Shown: positions 26,697 through 37,987, counted from the stretch's first letter. The stretch is 64,000 nt of DNA from Xanthobacteraceae bacterium (GCA_041397365.1 JAWKWT010000012.1:25165-89164); one strand, 5' to 3'. The notes: generated by a model not told the origin, from the sequence alone. Translations and numbers: made by a program.

Positions 26697-27983
26697 ATGA
26701 CTTTCAAAAAGCGTGTCGTTCGGATTGGCGGTTGGTACGTCAAGAAAAATTTCCCACACTTTGATTTGACGCTTGGCTTTGATCAAGCTCTAGCGCTTGC
26801 ATCAAATCCAGCGCGAGTGTCGGAACATGCCTTCTGGCCGTTTATTGGTTATGTGGATCAAAAAAGAAAATTTTCGAAGCTGAAGAATCGCGCTCCCGAA
26901 GTGTCGAATAAAGAAAGACCGCTTCGATACTGCTCTCACCACGATGGGTACATTCACGCCTATTACGCGAAAAGCTTGTCAGAGCGCTATGAGGTGTTTG
27001 TTCGATCCTATGGCTTGGAGAATGCGGTCATCGGATATCGCAAGGGCCTGGGGACGAATGTTGACCTAGCTAAATCGGCCTTCGACGAAATCAAATTGCG
27101 AGAAACGAGTTGTGTGATCGCGCTCGATATAACGGATTTCTTTGGCTCTATCGACCACCATGTACTCAAGCAAAATCTTTGCGAACTTCTTGAGCAGTCG
27201 CAACTGCCTGTTGATTGGTACAAAATCTATAGGTCAATGACGAAGTTTTCTTGGGTCGAGTTGTCTGAACTCGCGGATCGGCTGGGGTTTGACCAGGATA
27301 AAGTGCCTCGCCCGATTTGTTCGGCTGATAGTTTTCGACAGAAAGTGCGGGGTGGTGATGGCTTGAATTCATCTCTGGTTCGCACAAACGCAAAAGACCA
27401 CGGAATACCGCAGGGTTCGCCGCTTTCGGCGGTTTTTTCAAATGTCTATATGATGCATTTCGATATTGCTTGCTCGAGGGAATTTCACTCGCGTGGTGAT
27501 TTTTATCGAAGATACTCTGATGACATTATTATCATATGCGATGTTGATCGTGCCGGCGAAGCCATCGATTTTGTGGAGCGTCAAATCGCAGATTTGGGTT
27601 CATCATTGAAACTCAACAACGCTAAGACGGAAGTTTCGGTTTTTGAACGCATCGGGCCGGATGTGTTCGTGTGCGATAGGCCAGTCACCTATCTCGGTCT
27701 GACTTACGACGGTAAACGCACACTCCTTCGTGCGCGCACATTATCTCGCTATTACAGACGGATGACTTACGCTGCGCGGCAGGCAATCAGATCGGCAAAG
27801 AAGTCTGAGTCAAAAAAACTTTTTCTGCGGAGTACATACCGAGATCTAACTCATCTGGGGGGCCGCAATTTTTATTCGTATGCGAAGCGTGCGAGTAAGA
27901 CTCTCAAGGATGTTTCCGCTGCTAAGCAACTAAGGCGGCATTTCCCGATCCTGCACCGCAAGTTAAAGACTGGCGGAAAATAG
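26697..27983 (+). CDS. stand-alone reverse transcriptase (UG/Abi / DRT-like class)
   Basis: RT motifs: RPLRYCSHHDGYIHAYYAKSL; ALDITDFFGSIDH (A); GIPQGSPLSAVFSNVYM (B); YRRYSDDIIIICD (C, YSDD at nt 27513..27524); LKLNNAKTEV; YLGLTYDG. Basic C-terminal ~90 aa. Low GC. Confidence 0.9.
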   Translation: MTFKKRVVRIGGWYVKKNFPHFDLTLGFDQALALASNPARVSEHAFWPFIGYVDQKRKFSKLKNRAPEVSNKERPLRYCSHHDGYIHAYYAKSLSERYEVFVRSYGLENAVIGYRKGLGTNVDLAKSAFDEIKLRETSCVIALDITDFFGSIDHHVLKQNLCELLEQSQLPVDWYKIYRSMTKFSWVELSELADRLGFDQDKVPRPICSADSFRQKVRGGDGLNSSLVRTNAKDHGIPQGSPLSAVFSNVYMMHFDIACSREFHSRGDFYRRYSDDIIIICDVDRAGEAIDFVERQIADLGSSLKLNNAKTEVSVFERIGPDVFVCDRPVTYLGLTYDGKRTLLRARTLSRYYRRMTYAARQAIRSAKKSESKKLFLRSTYRDLTHLGGRNFYSYAKRASKTLKDVSAAKQLRRHFPILHRKLKTGGK

Positions 27984-28105
27984 GGTTGAGGCGTGGCGTG
28001 GCCGCTAGACGTAGAACCTAATTTTGCTGTTCAAATGGATTTTCTCCTTCATCCCGATAGGTCAAGGGGGGTCGAGAGAAGCAGAGAACATCGCGTTCGG
28101 TGAAA

Positions 28106-28132
28106 TGAAAAAGGCCCGGATTGCTCCGGGCC
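28106..28132 (-). terminator. groEL rho-independent terminator
   Basis: ggcccgga-ttgc-tccgggcc with a T-run on the minus strand (gaaaaa on plus). Confidence 0.75.
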
Positions 28133-28165
28133 CTTTCCATTTTGCCTTCGCGATGAACCGCTGGA

Positions 28166-29854
<1,689 letters not shown>

Positions 29855-29900
29855 TCAGCGGCGCGCCTCGAAGGGTGACGAATGTGTGTGCGGAAGTGGC

Positions 29901-30215
29901 TTAAGCAGCCTTCTTCTTGGCGGTGACGCCTTCGAGCACGCCGAGAATGTCGCTTTCCTTCATAATCAGGAGGTCCTGATTGTCGATCTTGACCTCGGTG
30001 CCCGACCACTTGCCGAACAGCACGACGTCGCCGACCTTGAGATCGATCGGGATCAGCTTGCCGGCCTCATCGCGGCCGCCCGGACCGACGGCAACGACTT
30101 CGCCCTGCGAGGGCTTTTCCTTGGCCGAGTCGGGGATGATGATGCCGCCAGCAGTTTTCTCCTCGGCATCGATGCGCTTGACGACGACGCGATCGTGAAG
30201 CGGACGAAACTTCAT
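29901..30215 (-). CDS. groES: co-chaperonin GroES
   Basis: [46 protein letters not shown]... Confidence 0.98.
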   Translation of the reverse strand: MKFRPLHDRVVVKRIDAEEKTAGGIIIPDSAKEKPSQGEVVAVGPGGRDEAGKLIPIDLKVGDVVLFGKWSGTEVKIDNQDLLIMKESDILGVLEGVTAKKKAA

Positions 30216-30260
30216 CGCTGTTCTCCTAGATGATTGATAATTCGGGACAATTCGAAACTG

Positions 30261-30287
30261 TTAGCAGTCTGATGACGTGAGTGCCAT
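30261..30287 (-). promoter_or_regulatory. CIRCE-like HrcA operator
   Basis: ttagcagtc-N9-gagtgccat against consensus TTAGCACTC-N9-GAGTGCTAA (8/9 and 7/9). It lies between the promoter and groES. Confidence 0.7.
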
Positions 30288-30300
30288 CAGGCTGAACGGG

Positions 30301-30329
30301 ACATAGGGCAGGTCCCGAAAGCGATCAAG
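30301..30329 (-). promoter_or_regulatory. RpoH (sigma-32)-type promoter of groESL
   Basis: The minus strand reads CTTGat-N-cCCTATgT, which fits the alphaproteobacterial sigma-32 consensus CTTG-N17-18-CYTAT-NT. Confidence 0.55.
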
Positions 30330-30580
30330 GGGATATCAGAAAATTTTGGCACTCGTGAGGGCCGGCTGCCAGATGTTTCGCCAGGAGGTTAACGGGCGAG
30401 GCTCGACACGTAAGGTTGATGCGCAGAAACGCGCATGGCTGACGCGCTTTCGCCGGCTATTGAGGGTCGTGAGCGGCCTGATTATAAGCATGCTTACGAT
30501 CATTGCAGAAGGCTTCGGTTGAGGCCGCGTGTGGCTCGCGCCATGCAAGCGGCTCCCGTTTTCCTCCCGGACCGCACGTC

Positions 30581-31048
30581 ATGGATCACAATCTCAAGAC
30601 TCTCGGTTTTCTCGTGCATGACGTTGCGCGGCTGTTGCGCAAGCGTTTCGAGCAGCACGCGCGCGGCTCGGGCCTGACGCGGTCGCAATGGCAGGTTCTT
30701 GCCTATCTGGAGCGCAACGAGGGCATCCATCAGGGCGGCCTGGCGGAACTGCTCGAAGTCGAGCCGATCACGCTCGGACGGATCGTCGACAGACTGCAAG
30801 AGATGGGGCTCGTCGAACGGCGGCCGCATTCCTCCGATCGCCGCGTGTGGCGGCTGCATCTGACGCCGAAGGCGCTGCCGAAGCTTGCCGAGATCGGCGT
30901 TCTCGGAGAGCGGACCCGCGCGGAGGCGCTGGCGGACATTCCGCAGGCCGAGCGCGAGCAGCTTTTGCAGACGCTGACGCAATTGAAATCGAATCTGGCG
31001 AGCGCATGCGCTGCGCCGGTCGCGCGGGAGCGCGTGAGCAATGGCTAA
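30581..31048 (+). CDS. MarR family transcriptional regulator
   Basis: LTRSQWQVLAYLERNEGIHQGGLAELLEVEPITLGRIVDRLQEMGLVERRPHSSDRR is a winged-helix MarR signature. It overlaps the emrA start. Confidence 0.88.
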   Translation: MDHNLKTLGFLVHDVARLLRKRFEQHARGSGLTRSQWQVLAYLERNEGIHQGGLAELLEVEPITLGRIVDRLQEMGLVERRPHSSDRRVWRLHLTPKALPKLAEIGVLGERTRAEALADIPQAEREQLLQTLTQLKSNLASACAAPVARERVSNG

Positions 31049-32297
31049 GAACGACATCGCCAAAACCGATCCGCCCACGGAGACGGCCGCGCTGGATGCG
31101 GCAGAGCCGGGGCGCGGGGAGGCTGCGGAAAACGTCCATCGTCTGGCGCGGCCCGAACCGCTGCCGTCCGAGCCCCCTCAGGCGCGTGAAAAGCCGGCGC
31201 AGGACGCAGCCGAGCAGCCGGCGACGCGAGCGGCCGGCGACACCAAAAGGCCGTTCCCGATGCGGACGGTGCTGTTCGCGCTGCTGCCGGTCGCCCTGAT
31301 CGCAGGCGTCTATTTCTATGTGACGGGCGGCGCGACGATGACCACCGAGAACGCCTATGTGCAGGCGGACATGGTCGGCGTCGCCAACGACATTTCCGGC
31401 ATCGTCAGCAAGGTCGAGGTGAAGGAAAACCAGCCGGTCGCGGTTGGCGACGTGCTGTTTCGCCTCGACGACAAGCCGTTCCGCCTGGCGCTCGCGCGCG
31501 CCGAGGCGCAGCTCGGCACGACGCGCAACGATCTTCTGTCCGCGCAGACGAATTATCGCGACATGCAGGCGCAGATCGCGCAGGCGCAGAACGACATCGA
31601 CTATTACACGGTCGCCTTCAAGCGGCAGCAGCAGCTCGCCACCAACAATTTCACGCCACAGGCGAGTTTCGACAGCGCGCGGCGCGACCTGCAAGTGGCG
31701 CAGCAGAAGCTCGACTCGCTGAAGCAGCAATCGGCGGGCCTCGAGGCCACGCTCAACGGCGCGCCCTCGGCGGATGTCGAAACCTATCCGCGCTACCGGG
31801 AGATGCTGGCGGCGCGCGACGAGGCGGCGCGGCAGCTCGACCACACCGTCGTTCGCGCGCCGATCGCGGGTGTCGCGACCAAGGTGCCGTCCTTGCAGCC
31901 GGGGCAGTATCTTGCCGCCTCGACGGCGTCGATCGCCATCGTCGCCACCGATCATGTCTGGGTTCAGGCGCAGCCGAAGGAAACCGAACTGACCAATGTG
32001 AAGCCGGGCCAGAAGGTGACGGTGACGGTCGATACCTATCCCGGCGTCGAATGGAGCGGCGAGGTGGAGAGCATCAGCCCCGCCTCGGCGTCGAGCTTCT
32101 CGCTGCTGCCGGCGGAAAATTCGAGCGGCAATTGGGTGAAGGTCGTGCAGCGCATTCCGATGCGGGTCAGTATCAAGAACGAGCCGGGCAAACCAAAATT
32201 GCGGATGGGCATGAGCGTCGAACTCGGCATCGACACCGGCAAGCCGCGCGGCTGGCCCGCGCCGATCGCGCATCTGTTCGGCGCGTCGGGAGGCTGA
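31041..32297 (+). CDS. emrA: HlyD/EmrA-family membrane fusion protein
   Basis: TM anchor, then TENAYVQADMVGVANDISGIVSKVEVKENQPVAVGDVLFRLDD, a coiled-coil region, and ...NWVKVVQRIPMRV. Confidence 0.88.
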   Translation: MAKNDIAKTDPPTETAALDAAEPGRGEAAENVHRLARPEPLPSEPPQAREKPAQDAAEQPATRAAGDTKRPFPMRTVLFALLPVALIAGVYFYVTGGATMTTENAYVQADMVGVANDISGIVSKVEVKENQPVAVGDVLFRLDDKPFRLALARAEAQLGTTRNDLLSAQTNYRDMQAQIAQAQNDIDYYTVAFKRQQQLATNNFTPQASFDSARRDLQVAQQKLDSLKQQSAGLEATLNGAPSADVETYPRYREMLAARDEAARQLDHTVVRAPIAGVATKVPSLQPGQYLAASTASIAIVATDHVWVQAQPKETELTNVKPGQKVTVTVDTYPGVEWSGEVESISPASASSFSLLPAENSSGNWVKVVQRIPMRVSIKNEPGKPKLRMGMSVELGIDTGKPRGWPAPIAHLFGASGG

Positions 32298-32299
32298 CC

Positions 32300-33850
32300 G
32301 TGGCCGGCGCCGTCCATGATGAAGGCGTCGTGCCGCCGGGCATCAATCGCATCGCGATCACCGGCTGCATCATTCTGGCCGTCATCATGCAGGCGCTGGA
32401 CACGACCATCGCCAATGTCGCGCTGCCTTACATGCAGGGCAGCGTGGCGGCGAGCTTCGATCAGATCAGCTGGGTGCTGACGTCCTACATCGTCGCTTCC
32501 GCGATCATGACGCCGCCCTCGGGCTTCCTCACCAACCGCTTCGGGCGCAAGCGCGTTCTGCTGGTGTCGGTCGCGGGATTCGTCGTCGCCTCGATGCTCT
32601 GCGGCGCCGCGCAGTCGCTGACGCAGATCGTCGTCTTCCGCCTGTTGCAGGGATGCTTCGGCGCGGCGCTGGTGCCGATCGCGCAAGCCGTCATGCTCGA
32701 CATCTTCACCGAGAAGGAACGCGGCACCGCGATGGGCGTGTTCGGCGTGGCGGTAATGGTGGGGCCGGTGCTCGGGCCCGTGGTCGGCGGCTGGTTGACC
32801 GAGCAGCTCAACTGGCGCTGGATTTTTTACATCAACCTGCCGCTCGGCGCGCTCGCCTTTCTCGGCATTTGGTTTTTCATGTACGAGACGCGCAGCCGGG
32901 CGCTGCATAAATTCGACTGGCTCGGCTTTTCCAGTCTCAGCCTGTTCCTCGCCTCGCTGCAATTGATGCTCGACCGCGGCAGCCAGCTCGACTGGTTCTC
33001 GTCGCTGGAAATCATCATTTATGCGGTGGTCGCGGCGTCGGCGTTCTATGTATTTATCGTTCACATCTTCACGACCAAGAACCCGTTCGTGAATCCGAGA
33101 TTGTTTCTCGACCGCAATTACGCGATCGGCATCGTCTTCATTTTCGCGGTGGGCATTTCCTATCTCGCCTCGATGGCGCTGATGACGCCCTATCTTCAGA
33201 CGCTGATGGGCTATCCGATCATCACCGCCGGTCTCGTGATGGGGCCGCGCGGGCTCGGCACGATGGTGTGCATGTTCATGGTCGGGCGCATGATCGGCCA
33301 CGTCGACACGCGCGTGCTGCTGCTGATCGGCCTCGCGCTGACCGCGTGGTCGATGCATGCGATGAGCGGCTGGACGCCGGCGGTGTCGGAGTGGACGATC
33401 GCCGTGGTCGGATTCGTGCAAGGCGCCGGCCTCGGCTTCCTGTTCGTGCCGCTGACCACCGTGACGTTCGCGACACTTGCGCCGCAGCATCGCGGCGAGG
33501 CGGCGGGCATGTACAATCTGTCGCGCAACATCGGCGCGGCGGTGGGCATTTCGATCGTCACGTTCCTTTTGACGCGCAACACGCAGGTCAATCACGCGCT
33601 GATCGGCGAGCACGTCAATCCGTACAACCGCGCGCTTTACCAGCCGGACGTGCTGGCCGTGCTGAGTCCGTGGACCGCGCAGGGCCGCGCTGCGATCGAC
33701 CAGCTCGTGACCGGGCAGGCGACGATCATCGCCTACATCAACGACTTCAAGCTGATGATGATCCTGACACTGGCGGTGATGCCGCTCGTGTTTTTGTTGA
33801 AGAAGGCGAAGCCGGCGAAAGATTCCGACGCCGTCATGGCGCATGACTAG
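32300..33850 (+). CDS. emrB: DHA2 (EmrB/QacA) family MFS multidrug exporter, 14-TM type
   Basis: IMQALDTTIANVALPYMQGSVAASFDQISWVLTSYIVASAIMTP...GRKRVLL. GTG 32300 lies 6 nt after GGGAGG. Confidence 0.88.
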   Translation: MAGAVHDEGVVPPGINRIAITGCIILAVIMQALDTTIANVALPYMQGSVAASFDQISWVLTSYIVASAIMTPPSGFLTNRFGRKRVLLVSVAGFVVASMLCGAAQSLTQIVVFRLLQGCFGAALVPIAQAVMLDIFTEKERGTAMGVFGVAVMVGPVLGPVVGGWLTEQLNWRWIFYINLPLGALAFLGIWFFMYETRSRALHKFDWLGFSSLSLFLASLQLMLDRGSQLDWFSSLEIIIYAVVAASAFYVFIVHIFTTKNPFVNPRLFLDRNYAIGIVFIFAVGISYLASMALMTPYLQTLMGYPIITAGLVMGPRGLGTMVCMFMVGRMIGHVDTRVLLLIGLALTAWSMHAMSGWTPAVSEWTIAVVGFVQGAGLGFLFVPLTTVTFATLAPQHRGEAAGMYNLSRNIGAAVGISIVTFLLTRNTQVNHALIGEHVNPYNRALYQPDVLAVLSPWTAQGRAAIDQLVTGQATIIAYINDFKLMMILTLAVMPLVFLLKKAKPAKDSDAVMAHD

Positions 33851-34019
33851 CGCGCGCCGAGGCTGCCTCCTCATCGCCTAAGGGCGCGCGGCGCGCTGCT
33901 GCTAGCAATCCATGCGCGATGCTGCCAATGCATTGAAAAGCAACAACTTATTAAATTTTTAGGCTTGAGATGAACGCTGGTCGTGCGTCAGAATTTCTCC
34001 TGCCGGAACGGAGGTTGGC

Positions 34020-34328
34020 ATGGTTGGGAATGACGTTGGTTCAGTTGCAAAGGGTGGCGTCGCGTCGAGCGAGTTCGTCCAGAGGATGCAGGGCTACGGG
34101 TTGACGACAGCCGAAATCCTCTACCGTCGGCCGGATCGCAAATGGCTGCTGCAAAGCTATGTCTGGCAGGGCTACGATCTGTTTCCGAAATTTCCAAAAC
34201 TTCAGGAGTTTCTCGCCTTCTGGCAGGAGAAGCTCGAAGGGCCTCTGTTCGCGGTGACGGTCGCGCATTCGCGGCTCATCAAGCCGACGGACTTCAAGGC
34301 CGTGGACGGGGTGTTCCGGCTGCATTGA
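34020..34328 (+). CDS. usg: Usg family protein
   Basis: GYGLTTAEILYRRPDRKWLLQSYVWQGYDLFPKFPKLQEFLAFWQEKLEGPLFAVTVAH is typical of the Usg-like family. Confidence 0.8.
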   Translation: MVGNDVGSVAKGGVASSEFVQRMQGYGLTTAEILYRRPDRKWLLQSYVWQGYDLFPKFPKLQEFLAFWQEKLEGPLFAVTVAHSRLIKPTDFKAVDGVFRLH

Positions 34329-34404
34329 GACAGCGTGAGCGCGACCGAATGAGTCTGATCCAGCGGAAGCTGAGTCAGACTCATTTCGGGATCTCTTATT
34401 CGCA

Positions 34405-34447
34405 CATGATCCGGTCCAAAAACCGGTTCCCACTTTTCGGGATCATG
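34405..34447 (-). repeat. dispersed ~45-50-bp palindromic intergenic repeat, copy 1 (inverted orientation)
   Basis: The reverse complement, catgatcccgaaaagtgggaaccggtttttggaccggatcatg, matches the copies at 59266 and 62975. Confidence 0.8.
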
Positions 34448-34449
34448 CG

Positions 34450-35181
34450 TTACGCCGTGATGCCGCCGTCGATCGCGACTTCCGCGCCGGTGATGTAGGC
34501 GCTCTCGTCCGAGAGCAGGAACAGCACGAGTTGCGCGACTTCCTCGGCGCTGCCGTTTCGCTTGAGCGGAACGGCCTTGATGCGTGCGGCGTTCTGCTCC
34601 GGCGTGCGGATGCTCAGCATTTCGGTGTCGATCGGTCCCGGATGGACGGAGTTCACGCGAATTTTCTTGCGCGCGAGATCGATCGCCGCCGACTTCGTCA
34701 TGCCGCGCAGCGCCCATTTCGTCGCGCTGTAGGCGAACGCCTGCGGCGAGCCGCGCAGCCCTGCGCCCGACGAAATGTTGACGATCGACCCGCCGCCGGA
34801 GCGCTCCATCGCCGGCACGACCGCTTGCATGCCGAGGAAGCAGCCGGTCTGGTTGATGCGCAGGTGGCGCTCCCACAGATCGGCGTCGGTCTGCATCAGC
34901 GATTTCGGCTGATAGATGCCGGCATTGTTGACGAGGCCGTGCAGACCTCCAAGACCTTCGGCCGCGCGCACGGCGCTCGCCCAGTCGGCTTCGCTGGTGA
35001 CGTCGTGATGCACGAATGTCGCCGCGCCGCCGAGGTCTTTCGCGAGTGCGTTGCCCGCGTCGTCCAGCACGTCCCCGATCACGACCTTCGCGCCCGCCGC
35101 GACCAGCATGCGCGCCTCGGCCGCGCCCTGTCCGCGCGCGCCGCCGCTAATCAATACGACCTTGCCGTCGAACCGCCCCAT
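34450..35181 (-). CDS. short-chain dehydrogenase/reductase
   Basis: GKVVLISGGARGQGAA..., NNAG, YSATKWA. Confidence 0.9.
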   Translation of the reverse strand: MGRFDGKVVLISGGARGQGAAEARMLVAAGAKVVIGDVLDDAGNALAKDLGGAATFVHHDVTSEADWASAVRAAEGLGGLHGLVNNAGIYQPKSLMQTDADLWERHLRINQTGCFLGMQAVVPAMERSGGGSIVNISSGAGLRGSPQAFAYSATKWALRGMTKSAAIDLARKKIRVNSVHPGPIDTEMLSIRTPEQNAARIKAVPLKRNGSAEEVAQLVLFLLSDESAYITGAEVAIDGGITA

Positions 35182-35236
35182 CTCATCCTCCCTGGTGACT
35201 CTTTATAACGTTGCTGTCGCGAGCGCGGAGACGCGA

Positions 35237-35985
35237 CTACCCGCGTCCCACGAACGGCATCTTGGTCGCCATGATGTTCAGGAACAGCGCGTTGGCGTCC
35301 GGCGGGCGCGTCGCCATGAAGACGATGGCGTCGGCGACGTTCTGCACATCCATGCGCGGCTCCGGCACTGTTTCGCCGTTCGGCTGCAACTGGCCGGCGG
35401 CGGAGCGTGCGGTCATCGGCGTCAGCGCGTTGCCGATGTCGATCTGGCCGCAGGCGATGTCGTAGGCGCGGCCGTCGAGCGCGGTCGCGCGGGTCAGCCC
35501 GGAGACGGCGTGCTTGGTGGAGGTGTAGGGGGCGGAAAACGGCCGCGGCGCGTAAGCGGAGATCGAGCCGTTGTTGATGATGCGCCCGCCGCGCGGCGTC
35601 TGGTTCTTCATGATGCGGAAGGCGTGCTGCGTACACAGAAACGGCGCGGTGAGGTTGGTGTCCACCGTCGCCTTCCACTGCTCGACGGTGAGGTCCTCCA
35701 GCGGCACCGGCGGCGTGCCGATGCCGGCATTGTTGAACAGCACGTCGAGCCGGCCATAGACCTCCATCGTCCTGGCGAACAGAGCCTCGATCGAGTCCGG
35801 CTTCTTCATGTCGGAGACGACGACCAGGCTCATGCCGTCGGGGCCGAGGCTGGCGGTCTCGTCAAGTTTTCCTTGCGGCGGCCGGTCAGCACCACATGAT
35901 AACCCGCCTTCATCAGCGCGATCGACGAGGCGCGGCCGATGCCGGTTCCGGCTCCGGTGACGAGTGCGACTTTCAGATCGGCCAT
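35237..35985 (-). pseudogene. short-chain dehydrogenase/reductase, frame broken in the A/T homopolymer at 35867..35870
   Basis: GGAGGA RBS plus ATG 35985 gives [40 protein letters not shown]..stop. The protein continues in ORF 35237..36373 ([20 protein letters not shown]...YTSTKHAV...). aaaa is present where aaaaa is needed. Confidence 0.8.
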
Positions 35986-36048
35986 GACGATATCCTCCGC
36001 GAATTTTTCTTTTCAGATGCTGGTGACGCCGCTTTGCGCCGGCAGCGA

Positions 36049-36795
36049 TCAGCTTGAGGGCTTGTAGGGCGGGCGCGGAATGTTCTGATGCGCGGCGCGA
36101 AGGGCGGCGGACCAGCGCGAGCGCAGGTCGTGGAAATACGGCTCGCCCTCCTCGATGCGATAGTCGAGGTCGGCGTCGCCGCTGTCCTTTCTCACCACCA
36201 GCACGTCGATCGGCATACCGACGCCGAGATTGGAGCGCATGGTGGAGTCCATCGAGATCAGGCCGATCTTCAGTGCGTCGTAGAGATCGACGTCGTAGGA
36301 GATCGCCCGGTCCAGTACCGGCTTGCCGTATTTGTGCTCGCCGATCTGCAAATACGGCGTGTCGGTGGTGCATTCGATGAAGTTGCCCGCCGGATAGACC
36401 ATGAACAGGCGCATGCGTCTGCCGTTGATCTGACCGCCGAACAGGAACGAAACATCGAAATTGATGTCCTCGGCCTGGAGCGCCTTGCCTTCGGTGGCGT
36501 TGATGGTGCGGATCGCCGAACCGATCCGCTGCGCCGCCTTGAACATGGTCGGCGCGTTCATCAGCGTTTCGAGTTCACCGGTGTCCGGATTTTCCACGCC
36601 TTCGCTGAGCGTGGAAATCACCGACTGGCTGATCGCCAGATTGCCGGCGGTGGCGATCGCCATGATGCGCTCGCCGGGTTTGCGGAAGACATGCAGTTTG
36701 CGGAAGGTTGAGATATTGTCCAGCCCGGCGTTCGTACGCGTGTCGGCGATCATCACCAGCCCGTCGCGCACCAGAATTCCGCAGCAATAAGTCAT
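36049..36795 (-). CDS. proteasome-type peptidase (Anbu, ancestral beta subunit family)
   Basis: [37 protein letters not shown]... has an N-terminal Thr/Ntn-hydrolase-like fold pattern. It sits in the conserved operon with ATP-grasp, alpha-E and transglutaminase genes. Confidence 0.75.
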   Translation of the reverse strand: MTYCCGILVRDGLVMIADTRTNAGLDNISTFRKLHVFRKPGERIMAIATAGNLAISQSVISTLSEGVENPDTGELETLMNAPTMFKAAQRIGSAIRTINATEGKALQAEDINFDVSFLFGGQINGRRMRLFMVYPAGNFIECTTDTPYLQIGEHKYGKPVLDRAISYDVDLYDALKIGLISMDSTMRSNLGVGMPIDVLVVRKDSGDADLDYRIEEGEPYFHDLRSRWSAALRAAHQNIPRPPYKPSS

Positions 36796-37025
36796 CGCAA
36801 GTTTCCGTCAGCGTGTCAGAGAGTCGGTCATGGCCGGGCATAGCCGTTCGAAGAACGGCGTCGCTTCGCTCGCCTATGTCCCGCCATCCACGTCTAACGA
36901 CATTTCGAAAGATCGGAAAGACGTGGATGTCCGGCATAGACCGAGCATGGCGATCGAGTTTAAGCGCTCACGACTTAACAGCAATAGGATGCATGCGACC
37001 AGCGCCGAATCGATCGCCGAATCGC

Positions 37026-37850
37026 TCACGATTGGCTCTGCCGCCCCGCCTGATCGACCTTGACTGCAACCGACAGATCCTCGTTGCCGCCACCATAGCG
37101 GGTGCCGCGGACGGGCGCGGCCCCGAGATAGTCGAGCCCGATCGCCACGCGGATGTGAGCGTCGGTCACGCCGATGCCGTTGGCGGCGTCGAATCCGACC
37201 CAGCCGAGGTCGGGCACGAAGGCTTCCGCCCAGGCATGTCCGGCCGGCTGCGTCAGCCCGCCCTCGCTCGAATAGAAATGGCCCGACACGTATCGGGCGG
37301 GCACGCCGGCGCTGCGCGCGCAGGCGGCGAAAATATGGGTAAAATCCTGGCAGACGCCGCGCTTGATCCCGAACGCCTCGACAGCGGAGGTGGTGGCGCT
37401 GGTTGCGTGCGTGTCGAAGGCCATCGTCCGATTGATCTCCGTCATCAGCGCGTGGAGAAAATCGAGCGGCTTGCCGCCGGCCTTCTCGAACAGGGTGTGC
37501 GAGAGCGCGTGCATCTCCGCGTCCGGTTCGGTCAGCGGCGTGGAGCGGAGAAAGAAGCTCGGCGGAAACCGTTCGATCGTGCCTTTCAGCACGCCGCTGG
37601 TGTCCTGCGTCTCGACCATGCCGGAGACCTGCACGGTGAGTTCGGAAAGCGGGCCGTGGTTGAAAACATGCGTGACGTTGCCGAAGGCGTCGTGCCGCAT
37701 GGCGAGCCGTGTATCCACCGAGACGTCGAGATTCCAGTCGGCGACATATTGTCCGTCGTGATTGCCGGGCGTCAGCCGCAGCACCTGGACGATGCCCGTG
37801 GGCGGCGGGTCGTAGGTGTAGGTGGTGGAGTGGGAAATCCGCAGACGCAT
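37026..37850 (-). CDS. transglutaminase-like family protein
   Basis: MRLRISHSTTYTYDPPP... is the N-terminal Bact_transglu_N type. GVCQDFTHIFAACARSAGVPARYVSGH is the Cys-His-Asp core. Confidence 0.88.
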   Translation of the reverse strand: MRLRISHSTTYTYDPPPTGIVQVLRLTPGNHDGQYVADWNLDVSVDTRLAMRHDAFGNVTHVFNHGPLSELTVQVSGMVETQDTSGVLKGTIERFPPSFFLRSTPLTEPDAEMHALSHTLFEKAGGKPLDFLHALMTEINRTMAFDTHATSATTSAVEAFGIKRGVCQDFTHIFAACARSAGVPARYVSGHFYSSEGGLTQPAGHAWAEAFVPDLGWVGFDAANGIGVTDAHIRVAIGLDYLGAAPVRGTRYGGGNEDLSVAVKVDQAGRQSQS

Positions 37851-37937
37851 GCCGATGCCTTGCTTGTTCCTTCGTTCCGGCGGGGCTGGAGTCCGATCCA
37901 ACTGCGTTGGATCAGACTCGTCGCTTATCTCTAGCTT

Positions 37938-37987
37938 GAGCATGATCTTTTGCCAAAACCGGCTTGCGCTTTGCGCGGATCATGCTC
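37938..37987. repeat. dispersed palindromic intergenic repeat, variant copy 2
   Basis: gagcatgatc-ttttgccaaaaccggcttgcgctttgcgc-ggatcatgctc. Confidence 0.65.

Larger units (their letters stand above)
26270..28060. mobile_element. low-GC horizontally acquired islet (RT plus leader); no integrase or transposase
   Basis: Abrupt composition change (mid-40s % GC by eye, against ~65% flanks). Imperfect direct repeat gccNctagac at 26266..26275 and 28001..28010. Confidence 0.5.

Noticed and set aside
26697-27983. RT as a retron RT or a group II intron RT
   Set aside because: There is no retron-specific VTG motif and no evident a1/a2 inverted repeats flanking an msr-msd. There is no maturase (X) or En domain, no intron domain V/VI-like structure, and no exon-flanking context. 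The size and motifs fit UG/Abi-type RTs better. This still needs an HMM check.
30346-30372. Second CIRCE-like element (ttggcactc-N9-ggctgccag) upstream of the groESL promoter
   Set aside because: Only the left half-site is convincing; the right half matches about 5/9. It also lies upstream of the putative -35 element.
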